The notes below the pieces were generated by a model. It was not told the origin of the DNA. It worked only from the letters and a program-made list of their open reading frames with translations, and did not search any database. DNA of 64,000 nucleotides from Clostridia bacterium (GTDB taxonomy: Bacteria > Bacillota > Clostridia > Christensenellales > UBA1242). The stretch is taken from positions 146,259-210,258 of the forward strand of contig JAFUSN010000004.1 in the NCBI GenBank assembly GCA_017467625.1. The letters are read 5' to 3'. Positions 28,702 through 36,531 of the stretch are shown piece by piece. Numbering within the stretch: the first letter of the stretch is position 1; every line of letters starts with the position of its first letter. A program made the position numbers and the translations under genes.

Positions 28702-29397
28702 ATGAAAAAATTTTTAATATTGCTTTTTATGGTGGTTATTCTTTATCCGTTTGGTAATTATGCTTTAGCATTTGCAAAAACCAATTCAACTGAAATTTTA
28801 ACCGACACTGTTCCAAGTCGAAACTACACCGTTGTGATTGACGCTGGTCATGGTGGAAGCGATCCCGGTTCAATTGGCTTCAAAACCAAAGTGCGTGAAT
28901 CAGACTTAAATTTAAAACTTACTTACATGCTCAAAGAAAAACTTGAAAATTCAGGAATAAATGTTGTTTTAACAAGAACTGGTAATGATGCACTTTTGGA
29001 AGGCTCAGGACGAGGTTGGAAAAAACTTGAAATGGAAAAGCGTAAAGAATTAATTAAACAAATTCGTCCAAATCTTGTAATTTCAATTCATCAAAACAGT
29101 TACACAAATCATTCACTTCGTGGTGCACAGGTGTTTTATGACAAAACCAGTGAAATCAGCAAACAAATTGCTGATTCAATTCAAGAAGAATTCACAGATG
29201 ACCTTGTTCACGGCAAAAAATGGACCAGCCCTGGTGACTACTTTATGTTAAAGTGCACATATGCGCCGTCAGTTATTGTTGAGTGTGGATTTTTGTCTAA
29301 TGAGGAAGATGAAAAGCTTCTGTTAACAAGTGATTATCAAGAAAAAATCATCAACGCAATTTACATGGGAATCATTAAATTTCTGCAAATAAAATAA
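28702..29397 (+). CDS. N-acetylmuramoyl-L-alanine amidase (CwlD-like, Amidase_3)
   Basis: Signal/TM segment, then VIDAGHGGSDPG, SIHQNS and VECGFLSN motifs. Confidence 0.8.
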   Translation: MKKFLILLFMVVILYPFGNYALAFAKTNSTEILTDTVPSRNYTVVIDAGHGGSDPGSIGFKTKVRESDLNLKLTYMLKEKLENSGINVVLTRTGNDALLEGSGRGWKKLEMEKRKELIKQIRPNLVISIHQNSYTNHSLRGAQVFYDKTSEISKQIADSIQEEFTDDLVHGKKWTSPGDYFMLKCTYAPSVIVECGFLSNEEDEKLLLTSDYQEKIINAIYMGIIKFLQIK

Positions 29398-29398
29398 A

Positions 29399-29421
29399 TT
29401 CAGGCACTTGCCTGAATTTTT
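29399..29421 (+). terminator. Rho-independent terminator
   Basis: ttcaggc-actt-gcctgaa followed by a T-run. Confidence 0.7.
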
Positions 29422-29456
29422 ATGTTGAATTAAAACATATCATTTATTTATATTTG

Positions 29457-29485
29457 TTGCAAGCGGGGGCCAAAATTGTTATAAT
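29457..29485 (+). promoter_or_regulatory. Sigma-70-type promoter of the mrnC-rlmB-sigH cluster
   Basis: TTGCAA, 17-nt spacer, TATAAT. Confidence 0.6.
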
Positions 29486-29506
29486 TATTGCATAAAGGAT
29501 AAGTTT

Positions 29507-29911
29507 ATGCTGGGAAAGAAAGAAGATTTAAGTTTAACTGAAGCAAAACAAATTCAACCACTTGTGCTTGCCATGATTGGTGATGGTGTTCAAACGCTTT
29601 TTGTTCGTGAGTTTGTTGCAAAAAATTTAGGCGTTAAAGTTAATAAAATGACAAAACTTGTGTCAGGTGCAGTAAATGCGAAAGCGCAGTGTGAAATTTT
29701 TCAAAAAATTGAGCCACAACTTTTAGAAGATGAAATTGATGTTGCAAGGCGTGCAAGAAATGCACATATTCACACAAAGGCAAAAAACTTTAGTTATTTT
29801 GAGTATATTCATGCAACGGCGTTTGAAGCGCTTTTAGGATATTTATATTTAACTGGGCAAACTGAAAGATTAAATACCTTTTTAGAAATGACAGTTGAAA
29901 ACATAAAATAA
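29507..29911 (+). CDS. mrnC: Mini-ribonuclease 3
   Basis: 134 aa. LAMIGDGV...ATAFEALLGYLYL RNase III-like motifs. Conserved mrnC-rlmB-sigH synteny of Bacillota. Confidence 0.8.
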   Translation: MLGKKEDLSLTEAKQIQPLVLAMIGDGVQTLFVREFVAKNLGVKVNKMTKLVSGAVNAKAQCEIFQKIEPQLLEDEIDVARRARNAHIHTKAKNFSYFEYIHATAFEALLGYLYLTGQTERLNTFLEMTVENIK

Positions 29912-29929
29912 TAAATTTTTGGAGTTATT

Positions 29930-30655
29930 ATGAAATTTGAAGGTAAAAATGCGGTAAAAGAATTGCTTGCAACCAATGGAAAAATTGAAAAAATTATGCT
30001 TGCCGATGGAACAAGTGATGCCGATATTCGTGCCATTTTCAAACAGGCAAAATCTCTTGGAATTCAAGTTCAATGGGTTCCTAAGGCTGCGCTTGAAAAA
30101 GCCAGTGAAACTGGTCATCATCAAGGGGTTATTGCAATTGGCGCTGAATATGAATATGCCGAGCTTGAAGATGTGATTTCAAAATGTAAAAACGCAGGCA
30201 AAGAAATGTTTTTCATTATTCTTGACGAAATTTTGGATCCACATAATCTTGGCTCAATAATAAGAACTGCTGAATGTGCGGGACTAACGGGCGTTATTAT
30301 TCCGGCACGCCGAAGCGCAATGGTAAATGAAACCGTTGTAAGAACTTCTGCTGGTGCAACTGCATACATTCCAATTATCAAAGTTCAAAATGTAAACTCT
30401 GCAATTGAAACATTAAAAAAATCTAATGTTTGGGTTTATGCGCTTGATATGGCCGGCGAACCAATGGGGAAAACCAACCTAACTGGAAATCTTGCACTTG
30501 TTGTTGGAAACGAAGGAGATGGAGTTCATTCGTTAACTCGCAAAACATGTGATGGAGTTATTTCAATTCCAATGTTTGGAAACTTAAATTCACTTAATGC
30601 AAGTGTCAGTGCAGGAATTGCAATTTACGAAGCTGTTAGACAAAGGAGCAAGTAA
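29930..30655 (+). CDS. rlmB: 23S rRNA (guanosine-2'-O)-methyltransferase, SpoU/TrmH family
   Basis: LDEILDPHNLGSIIRTAECAG, LVVGNEGDG and SLNASVSAGI motifs. Confidence 0.85.
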   Translation: MKFEGKNAVKELLATNGKIEKIMLADGTSDADIRAIFKQAKSLGIQVQWVPKAALEKASETGHHQGVIAIGAEYEYAELEDVISKCKNAGKEMFFIILDEILDPHNLGSIIRTAECAGLTGVIIPARRSAMVNETVVRTSAGATAYIPIIKVQNVNSAIETLKKSNVWVYALDMAGEPMGKTNLTGNLALVVGNEGDGVHSLTRKTCDGVISIPMFGNLNSLNASVSAGIAIYEAVRQRSK

Positions 30656-30656
30656 C

Positions 30657-31211
30657 TTGAAAGAAGTAAAATCTAGTGATATAATCAAAATTGTTGATAA
30701 ATATTCTGGGTTTGTGAATTCGCTTTGCAGAAGATATTTTTTAATTGGTGGCACACATGAAGATCTTTATGAAGAGGGAATCATTGGAATTTTAGAAGCA
30801 ATAAGAAATTTTAAAGGTGAAAGTCTTTTTTCAGAAGAGTTTGACATATTTGTAAAACTTTGTGTAAAAAGACAAGTTATTGATGCAATCAAAAAATCCA
30901 ACACAAAAAAAAGTAAAGTTTTAAACGAGGCTGTTGCACTTGAAATTACACTTGAAAGTGGAGAGGAAAGAAACATTCTTGAAACTTTTCAAGACCCCAC
31001 AACTTCCAACGATCCACTTGACTTAATTTTAGATTCAGAAAAGTTTAATGAAAATCTAGAAAAATGCAAAAAAAAGCTAAGTAAACTTGAAATTGAAGTA
31101 TTAAACCAGTATTTATCAGGAAAAAAGCAAAGTGAAATTGCTGAATCATTAAACAAAACAACCAAAAGCATTGACGACACAATTCAAAGAATAAAAGGAA
31201 AAATGAAATAA
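30657..31211 (+). CDS. sigH: RNA polymerase sigma factor, SigH-like
   Basis: DLYEEGIIGILEAIRNF and CVKRQVIDAIKKSNTKK resemble sigma-H regions 2 and 3. C-terminal HTH SEIAESLNKTTKSIDDTIQRIK. I prefer the TTG start at 30657, which has an AAAGGAG RBS and follows the rlmB stop, over the ORF-track ATG at 30597 that overlaps rlmB. Confidence 0.75.
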   Translation: MKEVKSSDIIKIVDKYSGFVNSLCRRYFLIGGTHEDLYEEGIIGILEAIRNFKGESLFSEEFDIFVKLCVKRQVIDAIKKSNTKKSKVLNEAVALEITLESGEERNILETFQDPTTSNDPLDLILDSEKFNENLEKCKKKLSKLEIEVLNQYLSGKKQSEIAESLNKTTKSIDDTIQRIKGKMK

Positions 31212-31221
31212 GGAGAAGAAT

Positions 31222-32361
31222 ATGTATTTAGCTCTTTACAGAAAATACAGACCTCAAACTTTTGATGAGGTTATTGGTCAAAATCACATTGTAACCACTT
31301 TAAAAAACCAAATTAAGATGGATAAAATTTCACATGCGTATTTGTTCACTGGAAGCAGGGGAACTGGGAAAACCAGTACAGCAAAAATTTTTGCTAGAGC
31401 AATCAATTGTGAAAATAATGTAAATGGTTCACCATGTGGCAAATGTGAAACATGCAAAGCACTTTGTGGAAACAATATTGATGTGCTTGAAATTGATGCC
31501 GCATCAAACAATGGAGTTGATGAAGTTAGAGATCTTCGTGAAAAAGTTAAATATCCACCAGTTGTCGGTAAATATAAAGTGTATATCATTGACGAAGTTC
31601 ACATGCTTACGGGCGCTGCATTTAATGCTCTTTTAAAAACTCTTGAAGAGCCTCCTCAAAATGTTGTGTTTATTTTAGCAACCACTGAAGTTCATAAGCT
31701 TCCGGCAACAATTCTTTCAAGATGTTTAAGGTTTGATTTTAAACTTGTTTCAGTTGATGAATTATCAAGTTTGCTTGCAAAAGTTTTAAATGAGGAACAA
31801 ATCAAATTTGAATCAGAGGCAATTAATATAATTGCAAGAGCAGCAGAAGGAAGCGTTCGTGACATGCTTTCAATTGCTGACCGCTGTGTTTCATTTGCCG
31901 GTGATAATTTAACTTACAGCAAGGTTGTTGAAATTTTGGGTGTTTCTGAAAAAGAAGAACTCATTTCAATCACAAATTTGTTATTGTCCAAAAACACAGG
32001 AGAAACACTTGTTGAACTTGATAAAATTTTAGCAAGTGGGAAAAATCCGTTGGTGTTTGCAAACAACCTGGTTTCTTATTTAAGGGATTTGCTTATTTTA
32101 TACACAATGGGCGACAAGGCAAAAAACATCATTATGGCCAAAAGTGATGAATATGAAAAAATGAAGCTTCAAGCTACAAAAGAAAATTACGATGAAATTG
32201 TAAGTGCAGTTGAAATTTTAAGTGAAATTGAGCAAGATCTTCGTTATAGTAATCTTCCAAAAATGGTGCTTGAAGCAGCAACAATAAAAATTATTAACGA
32301 AAACTCACTTTTGAAAAGAGTTGAAAAACTTGAAGAAATTGTAAATAAGTTTCCCAGATAA
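31222..32361 (+). CDS. dnaX: DNA polymerase III subunit gamma/tau, 0-frame product (domains I-III)
   Basis: Walker A GSRGTGKTS, zinc module CGKCETCKALC, Walker B IIDEVHML, SRC sensor LSRC. Ends at TAA 32359-32361. Confidence 0.9.
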   Translation: MYLALYRKYRPQTFDEVIGQNHIVTTLKNQIKMDKISHAYLFTGSRGTGKTSTAKIFARAINCENNVNGSPCGKCETCKALCGNNIDVLEIDAASNNGVDEVRDLREKVKYPPVVGKYKVYIIDEVHMLTGAAFNALLKTLEEPPQNVVFILATTEVHKLPATILSRCLRFDFKLVSVDELSSLLAKVLNEEQIKFESEAINIIARAAEGSVRDMLSIADRCVSFAGDNLTYSKVVEILGVSEKEELISITNLLLSKNTGETLVELDKILASGKNPLVFANNLVSYLRDLLILYTMGDKAKNIIMAKSDEYEKMKLQATKENYDEIVSAVEILSEIEQDLRYSNLPKMVLEAATIKIINENSLLKRVEKLEEIVNKFPR

Positions 32362-32767
32362 ACGCCCAAGCGAAGAAAAATTAAAAGAACTTAAAACTGA
32401 ACTTGAGGAAATTAAATCACAAACTAAACTGGTTCAGTTTGAAAATTCAAAAACAAATTCAGAATCACAAAATCCAGAAATAAAACTTTTAAGTGAGCTC
32501 CTTGGAACGCTTCGAAAAGAAAAACAAATGGCTCTGCTTGTAATTTGCAGGCAAATACGAAAAATTGAAATAGTGAATGGAGTTGCGGTTATTTCAGGTG
32601 AAAATGATTCAGTTTATGAAATTGAAAGTGATGAAAAATATAATTTAGAAATCACAAAATTTTTTAGAGATAGGAACTTGGGCTTTAAAATACAAAAAAG
32701 GACTTCAATTGAACAGAAAATTGAAGAACTAAAAAAATATTTAGGCGATAAGCTAAAAGTTGAATAA
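32345..32767 (+). CDS. dnaX: dnaX C-terminal segment, readable only in the +1 frame (no independent start until M at 32528)
   Basis: The +1 frame is open from 32345 (..FPDKRPSEEKLKELKTELEE...LLVICRQIRKIEIVNGVAVISGEN...). It continues the 0-frame sequence seamlessly if one nucleotide of TTTCCCAGATAAA is skipped. Confidence 0.6.
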   Translation: MSFPDKRPSEEKLKELKTELEEIKSQTKLVQFENSKTNSESQNPEIKLLSELLGTLRKEKQMALLVICRQIRKIEIVNGVAVISGENDSVYEIESDEKYNLEITKFFRDRNLGFKIQKRTSIEQKIEELKKYLGDKLKVE

Positions 32768-32815
32768 TAGTTTGAAAAATAATAAATTGTTAGTATAATA
32801 GTTATGAGGTGAATT

Positions 32816-33139
32816 ATGAATAATAGATTTGGTGGATTTGGTGGTCCAAACAATATGCAGGCAATGATGCGCCAAGCACAAAAGCTTCAACAAGAGGCAA
32901 TGCAAGCAAAGCAAGAGGTTGAAGAAACAGTTTTTGAAGGCAGTGCAAGCGGTGGTTTAGTTACTGTTGAAATCAATGGAAAATATGAAATGCTTTCTGT
33001 TAAAATTAAGCCAGAGGTTGTTGACCCTGAAGATGTTGAAATGCTTGAAGATTTGGTGGTTGCTGCCTACAATGACGCATCAAACAAAGTTGAAGTTAAA
33101 AAGAATGAAAAACTTGGTTCATTTGGGGGCTTAATTTAG
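32816..33139 (+). CDS. ybaB: Nucleoid-associated protein YbaB/EbfC
   Basis: 107 aa. [14 protein letters not shown]...[20 protein letters not shown] pattern. dnaX-ybaB-recR synteny. Confidence 0.9.
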   Translation: MNNRFGGFGGPNNMQAMMRQAQKLQQEAMQAKQEVEETVFEGSASGGLVTVEINGKYEMLSVKIKPEVVDPEDVEMLEDLVVAAYNDASNKVEVKKNEKLGSFGGLI

Positions 33140-33735
33140 TGGACATAAATCAAATTGGACCAATTGCAAAACTTATCAATGAGTTTTCAAGGCTTCCAAG
33201 TGTTGGCAAAAAAACAGCTGAAAGGTATGCTTATCATGTAATTAAATCAAGTGATGATTATGCCCGTAGTCTTGCTGATGCAATTTTAGAAGTTAAGGGA
33301 AAAATTAAGTTTTGTGAGGTGTGTGGAAATTACACAGATGTTTCACCTTGTAAAATTTGCAGCACGCGCGAAGCTAAAATTTTGTGTGTTGTGAAAGAGC
33401 CAAAAGATGCTATGGCAATTGAAAAGTCGGGCGTGTTTAATGGTCAATATCATATTCTGCATGGAACAATCAACCCTCTTGCTGGTATTGGTCCAAACGA
33501 TATTAGAATTAAAGAATTGTTAAACAGGCTTTCGGCTGGTGAAACAAATGAAGTTATTATTGCAACTAACCCCGATGTTGAAGGTGAGGCAACAGCCATG
33601 TATATTGCAAAACTCATAAAGCCACTTGATATAAAAGTAACAAGAATTGCACAGGGAATTTCAATGGGAAGTGAACTTGAATATGCAGATGAAGTTACAC
33701 TTTCAAAGGCACTGTCAGACAGGAAAGAAATTTAA
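33139..33735 (+). CDS. recR: Recombination protein RecR
   Basis: [15 protein letters not shown] (HhH), zinc finger [16 protein letters not shown], and a Toprim region. GTG start. Confidence 0.9.
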   Translation: MDINQIGPIAKLINEFSRLPSVGKKTAERYAYHVIKSSDDYARSLADAILEVKGKIKFCEVCGNYTDVSPCKICSTREAKILCVVKEPKDAMAIEKSGVFNGQYHILHGTINPLAGIGPNDIRIKELLNRLSAGETNEVIIATNPDVEGEATAMYIAKLIKPLDIKVTRIAQGISMGSELEYADEVTLSKALSDRKEI

Positions 33736-33742
33736 AACAATA

Positions 33743-33775
33743 AAAAATCACTGAAATTCAGTGATTTTTATTTTT
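33743..33775. terminator. Bidirectional terminator between recR and the convergent TGase-like gene
   Basis: aaaatcactgaa-at-ttcagtgatttt, a perfect long hairpin with flanking A-run and T-run. Confidence 0.8.
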
Positions 33776-34603
33776 GATGTTTAAAAGTTCTTTATAGGAA
33801 TAATTTTTCATGTCGTTTGCCCACAATCTGCTTTTGCTTAACAAATTATCATCAATTAAAAAATATTTGTTTTCTTCGTTATTTAAATCCCATGTAACAT
33901 CAACATGTTTCCATTTTCCATCAATGAAAACCTGATTCCAGGCATGAGCTTGAGAGTCTAAAATATATCCATGGATAATTTTACATTTCACATTAGCTCT
34001 GTCTAAAATAAATTTAAAAGCATTTGCAATTCCAGAGCAAACTGCATTGTGATTTACCAAGCATCCATAAATTGTGTAGGCTGAATCATCTGAAAGAAAA
34101 AAGTTTTTGGCGCCATATTTATAGGTCGTATTTTTTCTTAAATAATTGTAAACAAATTTAATTTTTTCAAAATCTGTTTTTCCTTTAATCAAATTTAAAA
34201 TTTTAGTAGCTTCTGCTTCAACCTGAATAATTTTAGCATTCACATTTTCAGTGTATTCAATTTCTGTAAGTTGATAAACAGGAAGAGTGTAAAAAATTTC
34301 AGGATGATCAATTTTAAGGCATTTATAAATTAAAATTTTGTTTTCATTTGATGAAAATCGTACTTTTTTTGGAAGAAGAAGAAAATTAATATTGTGTTTC
34401 AAATTTTTAAGTGTATCATAAAGAACATCATAAAAAATTTTATCAGTATTGCTTAATTGTTCTCTGTAATAGCAATAAACACCGTCAAGCCATCCATCAT
34501 GTGACTGCTTTGGTTGTTTCTTTTTCTTTTTACAGTAAATAAGTATATAGATTGATGGTGAAAAAATAAATAAAAATAGAAATATAAAAGATAATATAGT
34601 CAT
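33758..34603 (-). CDS. Membrane-tethered transglutaminase-like (papain-fold Cys-His-Asp) protein
   Basis: N-terminal hydrophobic helix followed by KKKKKQPK. Transglutaminase-core motifs AVCSGIANAF (Cys), AHAWNQVFIDGKW (His) and HVDVTWD (Asp). Confidence 0.75.
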   Translation of the reverse strand: MTILSFIFLFLFIFSPSIYILIYCKKKKKQPKQSHDGWLDGVYCYYREQLSNTDKIFYDVLYDTLKNLKHNINFLLLPKKVRFSSNENKILIYKCLKIDHPEIFYTLPVYQLTEIEYTENVNAKIIQVEAEATKILNLIKGKTDFEKIKFVYNYLRKNTTYKYGAKNFFLSDDSAYTIYGCLVNHNAVCSGIANAFKFILDRANVKCKIIHGYILDSQAHAWNQVFIDGKWKHVDVTWDLNNEENKYFLIDDNLLSKSRLWANDMKNYSYKELLNIKNKNH

Positions 34604-34605
34604 AA

Positions 34606-36405
34606 TTAATTTTCATTATCTCCTGGTTGACCCTCTGGTTTTGTTGAAGAATTGTTATTACCTAAAATGTCATTTCTTAAAGTGAAGAAACCTTGCTCTG
34701 AAAACAACATAATAAATTCTTCAAGAGTTCCAATTATTGAAGTGTTGGCATTATCAGAATAAAATTTAACAACAACATCTCTAAATGAAGGGTTGTAGTT
34801 GTTTTTTGAAATTGTGTAACTAACATTGCCATGGCAAAGTGCGTGTCTAATTAAAGTTAAAACATAAGTTTTATCACGAACGTTTTCAATATGTTGAATT
34901 TTAGAGTTTTTAACAGACTCTCTGTAATGTATTCCACTAGCAACACTTATTGAAGAAATTAAATCACGGTGAGCTTTATATTCATCAGTAAAAATTTTAT
35001 TATGTGGAAGTTCAGACAAAACTTCTTCATAAAAACCGCTTGTGATTAATGCGTTGTAAGCATATAAACACATTGTGTTAAAAGCAATGTCAACAGGGGC
35101 ATGCTTAAGACCATTTAAATCTATCAAATTCATGTTCATAGTTTCATATTTTAGTTGGTCAAGCAAGATTTTTTCCGTTTGCAAAATGCGTTTGTTGAGA
35201 TTTTCAAGCTGGGTTTTTTGATATAAAAGCAGTGCTTTATTTTTAGAAGAAAGGTTTGGACCTTTTAATTCGTAAACAATTTCTTTAATTCGTTTTGCAA
35301 TCTCTTTCTTTTCATTTGAAAAATCATAATCAGTATCATTAAAAAATTCAAGTCCATATTCAGGGGTTTTTTCAGTTACGGTTTTTGCGATAAGTTGTTG
35401 CAGGTTATATAAAATATTAAAATTAATTGTTTGATATTTATCTTTTGAATAAATGTTGTCTGCAACAAATTTTGAAACAATTTCAACTCTTTTATCAAAT
35501 GGCTTAAAGTTAAAATTTGGAAAGCAGGATATATGAGTTTCAATGAGTTTTTCAAGATTAGGATTAATGTCATTCCCATATCTTTGTTTTAAAAGAGTAA
35601 TTAAAGAAGGGACATCTCGTTTGTCTTCAATTGAATTTCTAAATGCTTTAAGCCTAACTGATAAATATTCATAAACATCATTAAAACTTACGGTTGGTTT
35701 TGAAAAATTTCCCATTTGTGAAAACATTTCTGAAAAACCACGGAGCCACATTTTTGACACAACAAGTTCGTCATCAAATTTATTTCCAATAAATGTGAGA
35801 GTTGAATGCATAATGTATGGAACTGAATGAACAAGTCGGTTTCTAACGGCTTTCAATGTTTCAAATGATGAAAGCTCGTGGTCAGCATTTGAGGTATATG
35901 AAATTGGATCCGTGGAAAGTGTTAACAATCTAACAACTTCTCCATTAATTTTGTGCTTTTCAATCTTATAGGTTCCATCTTGAATTGTGCATAATGTAAT
36001 TTCGTTTTGGCTTTGATTTTTTTGCAATTTAACTTTATATGTTTCAAGCATGTTTTTAGCTTCATCACTGGTTAATTGTTTTAAAACAAAATGTCCGTCT
36101 AAAATTTCTTGTGATTCAGACTCTTTTTGTGCTAAATCTTCTGAAAGGGATTTTTCAAAATTTTGAACAGCCAAAAAGCCTGATGTGTAAACCCAAAAAT
36201 CTTTTAGATTTAAAACATCAAAATCGTCAAGCTGAATATCTGTGTTAAATTCAAAAGTATCAATATTTTGATAAATTCTATCTAAAATTTCTAGTTGTCG
36301 AAGCGAAAGCGCAATTTTTTGTTTGGATTCTTCAGCTAAATCAAGCTCATTTTCTCCGCTAAAATTTTCTTCAATTTGGCTACTTTCAATTTCATCAAAT
36401 TCCAT
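34606..36405 (-). CDS. Hypothetical 599-aa protein with two HEPN-type Rx4H motifs (putative RNase effector)
   Basis: RNRLVH (aa 188-193, nt 35827-35844) and RHALCH (aa 520-525, nt 34831-34848), each preceded by hydrophobic helix-like context (LKAVRNRLVHS; LTLIRHALCHGN). Acidic N-terminus. Its stop lies 2 nt before the TGase-like start. Confidence 0.55.
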   Translation of the reverse strand: MEFDEIESSQIEENFSGENELDLAEESKQKIALSLRQLEILDRIYQNIDTFEFNTDIQLDDFDVLNLKDFWVYTSGFLAVQNFEKSLSEDLAQKESESQEILDGHFVLKQLTSDEAKNMLETYKVKLQKNQSQNEITLCTIQDGTYKIEKHKINGEVVRLLTLSTDPISYTSNADHELSSFETLKAVRNRLVHSVPYIMHSTLTFIGNKFDDELVVSKMWLRGFSEMFSQMGNFSKPTVSFNDVYEYLSVRLKAFRNSIEDKRDVPSLITLLKQRYGNDINPNLEKLIETHISCFPNFNFKPFDKRVEIVSKFVADNIYSKDKYQTINFNILYNLQQLIAKTVTEKTPEYGLEFFNDTDYDFSNEKKEIAKRIKEIVYELKGPNLSSKNKALLLYQKTQLENLNKRILQTEKILLDQLKYETMNMNLIDLNGLKHAPVDIAFNTMCLYAYNALITSGFYEEVLSELPHNKIFTDEYKAHRDLISSISVASGIHYRESVKNSKIQHIENVRDKTYVLTLIRHALCHGNVSYTISKNNYNPSFRDVVVKFYSDNANTSIIGTLEEFIMLFSEQGFFTLRNDILGNNNSSTKPEGQPGDNEN

Positions 36406-36411
36406 ATCTTT

Positions 36412-36440
36412 ATTTTACAACCATAGGCTCAATAAGTCAA
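36412..36440 (-). promoter_or_regulatory. Promoter of the HEPN/TGase operon; the geometry suggests a leaderless mRNA
   Basis: On the minus strand: TTGACT (36440-36435), 17-nt spacer, TAAAAT (36417-36412). Only 6 nt separate the -10 from the ATG and there is no SD. Confidence 0.45.
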
Positions 36441-36531
36441 TATTTAACAAAATATTGGTTTTTTGTTATTTTGCTAAATTTAGTTGTATAAATGGATTTA
36501 AAAATATAAAATAATTATATGTGAGGTAAAT

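Noticed and set aside
30597-30656. N-terminal extension of the sigH ORF that overlaps rlmB
   Set aside because: The in-frame TTG at 30657 has an AAAGGAG RBS and sits just after the rlmB stop. The extension is not sigma-like.
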